This document shows, one piece after another, positions 36,386-64,000 of a stretch of 64,000 nt of DNA (positions within the stretch are counted from its first letter, which is position 1; each line of letters opens with the position of its first letter). The stretch is taken from NCBI RefSeq assembly GCF_009914755.1, contig NC_060932.1. One strand, given 5' to 3'. The translations under genes and the position numbers were made by a program. The DNA comes from the human T2T-CHM13v2.0 reference genome, Homo sapiens. Under the pieces are notes generated by a model. The model was not told the origin of the DNA. It did no database searches and saw only the letters and a list, made by a program, of their open reading frames with translations.

Positions 36386-37134
36386 GCCCTTTCCTCTTTT
36401 TCTTTACTTTCTTTTTCTTTCTTCTTTCTTACACAAAAGGCAAAAATTGTGTACACAATTTTTAATAGATCCTGGAAGTTGCTCTGATGATAATCGCAGG
36501 AGTTTTCTTCCTTCTTTTTATAACTACACAGTTGTTCTTTATATAGATGTACCATAGTTTATTCAACCACTACTGTATATGAACATTCAGCTTGTTTCCA
36601 ATGTTTTGCAATTATAAACAATGCTTCACTGAGTAGTCGCATATATTTATATTTCCATACATATTTTGAATATATATTCCATATATATTTCCATATATAT
36701 TTTGAAATAATTTTAGAGTTATCTAAGAGTGTCAGAAGAGTGCAGAGTTCCTTTATCCACTTCACCGATCTTCCTTTGAGTTAGCATCTTACATAATCAC
36801 AACACATTTCTCAAAACTAAGTAACTACTTTATTACAGCAATATTAACTAAAGCACAGAATGTGTTTGTATTTTACCAGCTTTCCATTAATGTCCTTTCT
36901 GGGGTTTGTTTTGAGGAACAATCCATGACACCACATTGTTTGGTGAATATGTCTCCTTAGTTTCCTTTGACCCATAACTATTTCTCAGTCTTTCCTTGTT
37001 TTACATGACCTCGATACTTTCAATTCTGGTCAGCTGTTTTGCAGCATGCCAATCTATTTGGATTATCTGATGTTTTCTCATGATTAGTCTGAAGTTACAT
37101 ATCTTAGGGAAGAATACCATAGAGACGAAGAGCT

Positions 37135-37137
<3 letters not shown>

Positions 37138-37180
<43 letters not shown>
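37138..37180. repeat. (GT)n microsatellite
   Basis: About 21 GT units. Confidence 0.95.
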
Positions 37181-37182
<2 letters not shown>

Positions 37183-37279
37183 TCTCTGTTCATGAATTTT
37201 TACCATTTTATCAGTTTTTAAAGTTTTCTCTCAATTTCTAAGCTTTTAAAATTTTATTTTATTTTAGATTTGGGAGTTA

Positions 37280-38545
37280 TATTGGTCCATTTTTACATTG
37301 CTGTAAAGAATACCACCCGAGACTGGGTAATTTGTAAACAAAAGAGGTTTAATTGACGCACAGTTCTGCATGGCTGGGGAGGCCTCGGGAAACTTACAAT
37401 CATGGTGGAAGGCAAAGGGGTAGCAAGGCATGTCTTACATGGTGGCAGCAGAGAGAGAGAGCAGGGAAAACTGTCATTTATAAAACCATCAGATCAGTTG
37501 GGTTGTGCAAATGGTGGAGAAGAAAACTTCAGGAAGAGTGCATAGACTGAGCAGAGAAGAGGACCAGCTACCTCCGTAGAGGCAGGGAGAGCAGCCAAGC
37601 TGGAGCCTGAGCAGCATTGCTGGACATGGAGAAGGTCTGGAATCTTGTCAAGGAAGCAAGCAAAGGGTTTCTTTCTATTCAATGAAGTCCACTCCCAGGA
37701 CCCTGGGCAGCAACGGGTGCTGGACTGGGCCACCTGGCAGCGTCACATCAACTGGCAGCTAGAAGTCCTGGAGAATGACAACTTCCAGGACGACCCCCAT
37801 GTGGGACTCCCTCAGCTCAGCAAGAGACTGCCACAGTTCGATGATGATGCAGACACCAGACAGTAAAAGAAGAAAACCCGAGGTGATCATTTTCAACTTC
37901 ACGTCCAAAAAAACTTTCAGGCCCTGCTGGAGGAGCAGAACTTGAGTGTGGCCAAGGGCCCCAACTACCTGATAGCCTGTGCAGAGTCCCTGTCGCAGCC
38001 ACAGCGTTCCTTCTGTGCTGTCTGCAGCTTCCCCTCCCCCTACACCTGTGTCAGCTGTGGTGCCTGGTATTGCACCGTGTGCTGTCTGGGGACCCACCAG
38101 GAGACCAGATATCTGAAGTGGACCATGTGAGCCCGGGCATTCCTGGAGAGGAAGGGCCTCTGTGCATTGCCAGGCCTCCAAAAAGCCAGTTTCATCACCC
38201 AGTGGAGTGGGGGCTCTCCCTGGACTAAGGGAGGAGCTGCTCACTCACCTAACAAAACTGTGTCTTACTTGCTGGGAAAGACCAGCCTCACTCCTGGGAA
38301 CTGTCTGGCAGGTGGGTTGGGCCCACCCAGTGCTGTTAGAATAAAAAGCCTTTGCCAGGAAAAAAAAATTTAAAAAAAAATCAGCTCTCATGAGAATTCA
38401 CTCACTATTATGAGAACAGCATGGGGAATACTGCCCCCGTGATCCAATCAGCTCCCACCAGGTCCCTCCCTCAGCACTTGGGGATTACAATTCGGATTAC
38501 AATTCAAAATGAGATTTGGGTGAGGACACAGAGCCAAACCACATC
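37280..38545 (-). mobile_element. MST-type MaLR LTR split by the ZNHIT1 retrocopy
   Basis: LTR reads ...taaaaccatcagatc | insertion | atcagctctcatgagaattcactcac...gagccaaaccacatca. Confidence 0.85.
37496..38380 (+). pseudogene. ZNHIT1P1: ZNHIT1 processed pseudogene
   Basis: MVEKKTS (ATG 37511), SQDPGQ...LENDNFQDDPH...LPQFDDDAD, premature TAA at 37864, HIT zinc finger CAVC...CVSC...YCTVCCLGTHQETR, TGA at 38128, AATAAA at 38340, A tail 38360-38380, degenerate TSD. Intronless. Symbol from recollection. Confidence 0.92.
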
Positions 38546-46100
<7,555 letters not shown>

Positions 46101-46281
46101 CACTTTATATTTTGAGGACATTAGCACTTTATTTGTGATGTATTTTGCAAATATTTTCTACTAGTTCATCAGTTGTCTTTTGATTTGTTTACATTTTTGC
46201 AATGCAAAAGATTTTTTTGTGTTGTCAGATTTATTTATTGAAAAGCTTTTATTTATTAAAAAACCTTTTCCTGTATCCAGG

Positions 46282-46721
46282 TGTATTAATTTGTTTTCAC
46301 ACTGCTATAAAAAACTGCTTGAGACTGGGTAATTTATAAAGAGGTTTAATTGACTCACAGTTGTGCATGGCTGGGGAAGTCTCAGGAAACTTACAATCAT
46401 GGTGGAAGGTGAAGGGGAAGCAAGGACCTTCTTCACAAAGTGGCAGGAGAGAGAGAGAAGCAAGGGGGGAAGTGCCAGATACTGTCAAACAACCACATCT
46501 TGTGAGAACTCGCTCACTGTCATGAGAACAGCATGGGAGAAACTGCTTTCATGATCTAATCACCTCCCACCTGGTCCCTCCCTTGACATATTTGGATTGC
46601 AATTTGAGATGAGATTTGGGTGGGGACACAGCCAAACCATATCACCAAATGTATTAGTGCAGGTCCTCTAGAGAAACAGAATCAGTAGTTCCAATGGATC
46701 TCTCTCTCTGTCTCTAAATAT

Positions 46722-46769
<48 letters not shown>

Positions 46770-48033
46770 CATGATTTGGGGGGCTGGTAAGTTCAAAATC
46801 TGTAGGCCAGGTCAGTAGGTTGGAACCTCTTGGGCAGGAATTGATGCCGCAGTCTTGAGGTAGAATTTCTTCTTCTCTAGAAAACATTAATTTGGCTTTT
46901 AAGCCCTTTCAACTGATTGGATAAGATCCACCACATTTTTGAGAGTGATCTTAATCTTCTTTACTTAAAGTCAATTTACTGTTGATGTTAACTACATCTA
47001 CAAAATACCTTCACAACACAGAGCGATATGGTTTGGCTGTGTTCCCATCCAAATCTCATGTTCAGTTGTAATCCCCAGTGTTGGAGGTGGGGCCTGGTGG
47101 GAGGTGACTGGATCACGGGGGCGGAGTTCTGATGAATGGTTTAGCACCGTTCCCCCTTGATACTGGACAGTGAGTGAGTTCTCAGAAGATCTGGTTGTTT
47201 AAAAGTGTGTAGCACCTCTCCATGCTCTCTTACTCCTGCTCCAGCCACATAAGACGTGCCTGCTTCCTCTTTACCTTTCGCCATGATTGTAAGTTTCCTG
47301 AGGCCCCTCCAGAAGCTGAGCAGAAGCTTCTATCCTTTCTGTACAGCCTGCAGAGCCATGAGGCAATTAAACCTCTTTTTAAAATAAATTACACTGTCTC
47401 AGGTATTTCTTTATAGGAAGGTAAGAACAGACGTATACTCATAAATCATGTTTGAGTTACTGGATACTGTATCCTACTCAAGTTAACGTATACAATTATC
47501 ACAGCCATTAGGACAGAAAAGTTGTATTGCTGATTTTGCCAGCTGAAAGCAAATTACTTCTGGTGGTCATTCCTAATAGAAATTTAGAAAAAAGCATTTG
47601 TCAGTCAATACCTGCATACTATTGTCTTAGTCTGTTTTCTGTTGTTTATAACAGAATACCTGAAACTGGGTAATTTGTAAAGAAAAAGAAATTTATTTTT
47701 CACAGTTATGGGGTCTAAGAAGCTGTCAGTTCGAGGTGAATCTGGTGAGAGTCTTATTGCTGGTGGAGACTCTCTGAAGGGTCCCAGGGTGGCGCAGGAC
47801 ATCACATGGCGAGGGGCTGAGTGTGATTGCGTGTGCTAGCTCAGGTCTCTCTTCCTCTTCTTATAAAGTCACCAGTTTCCATGACAGCCCATTAATCCAG
47901 GAATGGATTAATATATTAATGGGGGCAAAACCCTTCATAGTCTAGTCACCTCCCAAAGGCACCACGAATCAACACTGCCACTTCTGGGTTATGTTTCAAC
48001 ATGAGTTCTGGAGGGGACATTGAAATCATAGCA
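46282..48033. mobile_element. Cluster of LTRs: MST-type (46282-46644, -), MLT2-like with (GT)n (46650-47020), MST-type (47024-47440, +), MST/MLT1-type (47623-48033, -)
   Basis: Typical termini and motifs (aaccatatca, gatatggtttggctgtg, tgtcttagtctgttt...aatcatagca). Confidence 0.75.
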
Positions 48034-49745
48034 ACCAGGTACCAGGAGGCATATTAATTTGCCACAATAATGAAATGATATCGGGTACAGAAACTGCACT
48101 TGGAGTCACCATCTGGCTAAATTTACAGTACTTTATTGTCATTCTAGAAGATCCATCTATCTTCTGCTCAGTCCAAATAATCTAGTTGAATGGGAGTATG
48201 GCGGGAATCATCATCCCTCCACTCTTCAAGTCCTTGATAGTGACACCAACATTTGTAATTTTTTCTGCAAGTGCAATATTGCTTTTTATTTATGGTTTTC
48301 CTGGGCAGAAGCAATTCTAGTGGCTTCCGTTTGGCTTCTCCTACAGTAATAGCCCTTGCTTCACAGGTCAAGAGACCCTTGTGGGATTTTGTCAGGACCT
48401 GAGTATGTCTATTCCAGTAGTGCATTCTGAACTGAGGGAAATAAGCACTGGATGGGTTTTGGGGCCCATTGGATCCACTGTGAGATGGACCTGAGCTAAA
48501 ATTCCATTAATCATCTGAGTTCTATAATCCCTTATATTTGGGGTCTCCTGAAATTAGTGTCAATTCAGAGCCTGTGTTTAGAAATCCCTGAGAAGTATGA
48601 CGATTTCCTTTTTCCCAGTGCAAAGTCACCCTGGTAAAAGGCTCTTTGGGGGAGGATGTGAGAAAGATTAACAGTATAAATTTTTGGCAGTGTCATGGGG
48701 TCTGCTCCTCAAGAGGAACTGGCCTACCCTTCATTCAAGCGGTTCTGGGCATGTAAACTGGCTCATTGTGGGAACTGATTCAGGGGCCATGACTCTGCTT
48801 TTATGATTCTGGTTTAACTTCCGTCCACTTGACCTAGAACTCCTCTGCTTATACAGATCAAATAAGGATTTAGTGGACTCCATACCTATTTATTTGGCAT
48901 CTAGGAACACCGTGATCAACTAGCCAATGCCATGGGCCTCCGCCAGGCAGATTCTTCTGAGTACGGCTTTAACCGTGCTGTTTATTATTGCAGCCATGTC
49001 AGCTTTTCTGGTTATTAAGGATTGCCACAAGGCCCGGCTACGCCCCTCCCACTGCAATTATTTCCGCTGCCTTTAAGGATCCCAGTTAAGTGCCAGCAGC
49101 TCCCACTATGATGCCTGACCTGCAGAGAAGAGTGCCCACAGAGCTCTTCAAGGATAAAAAAACTCCCTTCCCAAATTGATTTCTGACAGTCATGGTGAAA
49201 GATACTTCCTTGGGCCTCCGGGGATGGGTGGCCTCCGTGGATTGGCACAGATCTTACATGATCAATCTGCTTTATCATTTCACTCTCCTTCAGGCTTTGG
49301 ATATGTTCCTCTATGGTGAACTAAGATTGTCCTGGCATTCATTTCATGTCGGCCATATTTTGTTCATATTTCAGCCAACCAACCAGACTATTAGAGCCCA
49401 TTTCTAACTCTCAAACTATCCAGAATCTCTGCTTGGAGGGCCCATATCAATAAATTCAGCCTGAATCTAACTTTTCTTTTGTTCAACCATGATCCCACCC
49501 ACTTAAAATTCATTTCCACTTGTTTTCCCCTGATGCATCTGCATGTATTGGGAATGGCACATGGTTGTTTTAGAGTGTAGCACAGCTCCTCCTGGGTCAC
49601 ACTTTTACCTCATCTTTTGGGGCCTGCTGGTACTTAAGTGTAGCTCTAGGTCTAGAAGGAAAGAGAGATGGTGCAGTAGGTTCTGAGACAAATCAACAGT
49701 GTCTTGCAAGGCAGCTCCCTCAGGGAGGCCATTACAGGTTCTTCA
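47500..49745 (-). mobile_element. ERV-L internal remnant (gag/pol), split by the LTR at 47623-48033
   Basis: Reverse strand across the insertion gives GTW/YAGID.TNAFF, resembling the ERV-L RT motif WYAAIDLANAFF. Confidence 0.7.
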
Positions 49746-50169
49746 GGCAAAGCAGAGTTTCTGCCATCCTCAAGGACACCTTCCCCTGTGCTGCCTCAGG
49801 CTTGTGCCCTTCTCCACACAACACTCACACACCTTCACCTAGGAGAGTGAGAAGGCTGGAGCTGGGGAATTATTTTCCAGCCAGAGGTGGACATTTCCAA
49901 GGACAACTCTTAAGGAAGAAGAGAGCCCAACAGTCCCTCTCTATCAGTAAAAGGGCTGAGACATGTGAGCAGGGCTAGACTGTGCTCTTTTCCAAAAAAG
50001 ACCCTGCCTGCTATCTTGGATATCTGGGTCCTGGCTCCTCCAAACCCTATTGCCAATCCTTGCTTGTTTGTTTTTTTAAATTCCACTGCTGGATACATGT
50101 ACAGGAAATTTTTCAGGATAAGTGCAAGTAAAGCTGAAAAATGCTGTTGAAAGTGAAAGTGCCCACACA

Positions 50170-52425
50170 AAAGAGTCCCCAGAGAGCTTCTTCATTTCTT
50201 TCCATCATGTGAGGACACAGTAAGAATGTCCTATCTATGACTCAGGAAATAGACCCTCCCCAGACACCAAATCTGCCAGCACCTTGATCTCAGATGTCTC
50301 AGGCTCCAGATCTGTGAGCAACAAATCTCTGTTGTTTCCGAGCCACCCAGTCTGTGGTGCTTTGTTATAGCAGCTTGAATAAACTAAGACAGAAGATTGG
50401 TACTGAAAGATGGGGTGCTGCTGGGTAATTGGGTAGAGGCTAGAAGGGTTTTGAAGTGCATGCTAGAGAAAGCCTATGTCACCATGAGCAGGCCCTGAAG
50501 GATGCTGCTGGTAAGGGCTCAGAACAAGAGGAGGAGGGCTGTAAAGAAAGCCTCCATCTTCTTAGAGAATATCTAAGTGGCCATGGACAGAATGGTACTA
50601 GAAATATAGATGATAAAAACCATTCTTATGGGACTTCAAACAGAAATAAGGAACATGTTATTTGGAAACTGGGGGAAAGGTAGTCCTTGTTATAAACTGG
50701 CAAAGAACTTGGCTGAATTGACTTTATGTCCTAGTGTTTTATGTAGAGTAGAACTGGTGAGTAATTAAATAAGATATTTGGCTGAAGAGATTTCTAAGCC
50801 AAGTGTTTAAGGTGCAACTTGGTGCTCTTGAATGTTTATAGTAAAATAGAAGAAGAGAAAAATAATTTGAAGATGGATTTTTTTTTAAATCAAAAGGGAA
50901 GCAGAACTTAAAGATTTGGGAAATTGCCAGTCTGTCCATATTGCAAAATATGAGAAAGCATGTTCTGGAGACAGCACCAAGGGTGTGGCCAAGGGACCAT
51001 TTGATAAGATTAGTATGGATCAGCCAGGTGTTGTTCACCAAGACAATGGAAGAATGACCCTGGAGGCATTTTAGAAATAACTGGGGCTGCCACTGTCACC
51101 ACACACCCAAAGTGCAAGAGTCTAGGGGGACAGAATATTTTTAAAGGATGGGCTATATTTTTCTGTAAGACCTTGGCACTCACTCCCTTGTGCTACCTCA
51201 AGGCTCTGCTCCCCACATTCTGGAGTTCTGTTCATTGACCACCCCAAGTGGGCTCCAGTAAGCTTATGTGGGTCATGTGCCACAGTGGCTGCCCCTCCAG
51301 AGGGCACATGTAGTAAACCTTGGTGGTGTCAACATAGGGTCATCTCTGCTGGAGTGAAGGTTGCATGAGCTGTGGGGTGTGGAAGCCTGCACCTGGATAT
51401 CAAAGGGTGGAGTGGCCCACAACTTCAGGCACAAGACTGAGGCAGAGGGCTGCTGTGAAAGCCATGCCTAGTGGAGGCAGCAGAGCAGGACAGCCCAGGA
51501 TCCCAGGTAGGTGAAGCTACCGGTGAGTCATTCCAGTCTGGGAGACCTGCAGGAATGCAACTCCAACTCATGAGAGCTGCACTGCAGCTGCACCCAGCCA
51601 AGCTGCAGGGGCAGAGCATCCTGAAGCCCTGAGGGAAACAATCCCTGCACCACTATGTTCAGAAGATGGAAAATCCAGTCAAAGGAGATTATTCTTGAGG
51701 CTTAAGGTTTAATACTGTTTGTCACATTCAATTTTGGAGTTGCTTGAAACTTGTTACTCCTTTCTTCTTTCCTGTTTCTCCTTTCTGGAATGGGAATGTT
51801 TATCCTATGCCTCTCCAACCACTGTATTTTGGAAGCACATAACATGTTTGATTTCATAGGTTCGCAGCAAGAACAGTTGGACTCAGGATAAATTGTACCT
51901 TGAGTCTTACCCATGTTTGACTCAGATAACATTTAAATCACACTTTGGACTACAATTTTAAAGTTGATGCTAAAATGAGTTGATATTTGGGGCTACTGGG
52001 GAGAAATGCATGTATTTTGTATATGAGAAGGATGTAGATTTTAGAGAAACAGAAGCAGAGTAGTTTAATCTGAATTTTTGTGTCCGCCTCCAGAATTCAT
52101 AGGCTGAAATCTAGTCACCAAGGTGACGATAATAGCAGGGCCGGGCCTTTGAGGGGGGAAGGGAATGCAGGCAGTGCCCTCTTGAATGGAACTGGCGTCC
52201 TTATAAAAGAGGTCTCTGTGAGCTGTCTTGCCCTTTTCCACCATGTGAGGACACAGCAAGAAGGTTTTATCTATGAAACAAGAGGTGGGTCCTCACCAGA
52301 CACAGAACCTGCTGACACCTTGATCTTAGCCTTCTAAGCCTTCAGAACCATGAGAAATAGAATTCTGATGTTTGTCAGCAACCCAGTCTATGGCGTTTTC
52401 TTAGAGCATCCTGAATAGATTAACA
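50170..52425 (+). mobile_element. MLT1-type MaLR provirus: LTR 3' part, internal region, LTR
   Basis: LTR end ...aactaagaca followed by internal start gaagattggtactgaaag. Second LTR at ~52060-52425. Confidence 0.75.
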
Positions 52426-53707
52426 CAAATAACTCTAGCTAGGTGTGCTCCCAACCTGGGGCACTTCATCTCCCTGTACAGGCTGAGTCCTGCAGGGCGT
52501 CCTGGATCTACTGACCACCACTGGAATGATGCCATAGGGATTTCCCCTTTCATGGGGGAACAAATGCTCTGATCCTCATCAGCCACCAGGAGCTGGCTGC
52601 TGTGATCTTTGCCCTGATGAAAATCCATGGAGATAAAGACAGTCTGGCTGGGTACACTCTCAAACTGGGTGCTTCCTCTCCCTGCACGGGAGCACTGGGG
52701 AGTGGCCAGTTCAGGAGGGGTCAACTCTCTCTGCTGGGCTAGGAGCAGATGAGGCCCAAGGCAGGTTCACGCAGGAAACTGCAGCCTCCCTGTGCCCACC
52801 CCAGGTCGTGGCACATGACATGGCTCCGTATCAACCAGAGAAATGAGTCAATAAAACTCGTCTGAGTCCTTGTTGGCCCAATCCTGTCTCTCCTGTTGCC
52901 AAAAACATTTCTGGAACCACACCCCAGGTTCCCACCCCACATGACTCTTCCATCTCCTGACAGCATCCTCGGGACCTTCCCCAGGGGACAGCACAGGAAG
53001 CAGAGGACCCAACACCCACTCCTGGAACAAGGCCTGGTCCATGAAAGATGAGGCCTGGGGCATGAGGCTGACACGATCAGCTGGGGAACACACGTCCCTC
53101 GAGACTCAGTTGTATCACTTGAAAATGGGGATGTCAGGACAAGTGACCACAGGGGCCTTTTTATTCTACCCTGCAGGACCCTATTCCAGGGTGACAACTT
53201 TCAGAGAGCTCAGGGCATGCTCGAGCTGCCTAGGGGTCAGGCTGCAGGAGGGAACTTGACTGGACTCTGAGATGCTGGGATCCCGCTTAATGACTCTGAC
53301 AGTCTGCGCAGGGGCCCTGGCCAGGGGAAGAGGAACAGGGACATGTGAGACTAGGCAGGAAGGCAAGGGACAAAACCACAGCACCCTTGTATGGCCACAC
53401 GAGGAGCCTGGAGCCAGCACTGGGAGGGATGGGGGCAAACTGCCCAGAGGACAGTGCTTGCTGGAGAAAGGGCCAGGTGGGGCTGGGGACAAGGTCAGCA
53501 AGATCTTCCCCAGCTGTGCCCTGGCATTGCTGCTTAGCCTGGCAAACCCTGGTCCTAGAGGCCCTCGGGAGTTCCATTTGTGCTGGGGCTGGTTAGACAG
53601 AGGGGTGACTCAGGAAGCTGTGCATGTGGGAGAGAAGAGGGGTGGCCTGGGGTCAGGCAGAAAGGGAGGCTGGTGGCCAGGCTGGGACCCTGGGTGCAGA
53701 GACGTGA

Positions 53708-59397
<5,690 letters not shown>

Positions 59398-59498
59398 ATT
59401 ATTCATCTCCTTGCAAGGTTTATAGCAAAAAACGAGGGAATGAGTTGGCATGAATTGTATTAAACCACATGTATTTTTTTTACTTTTTAAAAATTTTA

Positions 59499-62857
<3,359 letters not shown>

Positions 62858-62864
62858 AATTTTA

Positions 62865-64000
<1,136 letters not shown>

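Overview
Human (hominid) genomic DNA from the LY6/CYP11B cluster (recognised as 8q24.3). There are two intact protein-coding genes: GML (+ strand, Ly6/uPAR-family GPI-anchored protein, 3 coding exons, 158 aa) and CYP11B1 (- strand, steroid 11-beta-hydroxylase, 9 exons, 503 aa, with TATA-like, CRE/Ad1, Ad5 and Ad4 promoter elements). The rest is mostly retroelements: ERV1/MER4-group remnants with nested SVA, Alu and HERV-K LTR5, a full-length decayed L1PA, older L1s, MaLR and ERV-L LTRs, and a ZNHIT1 processed pseudogene. Four structures stand out. (1) A ~1.8-1.9 kb inverted duplication (11827-13717 / 16134-17904) with a near-identical core encloses the GML CpG-island promoter and probable exon 1, making it a candidate invertible-promoter or long-dsRNA cassette. 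(2) A 34-bp-stem palindrome in GML intron 3 carries a perfect p53 half-site in each arm. (3) The ZNHIT1 retrocopy preserves a 155-nt stop-containing extra exon. (4) An SVA retains only its 5' end. Repeat subfamily calls and percent identities are by eye, not computed.
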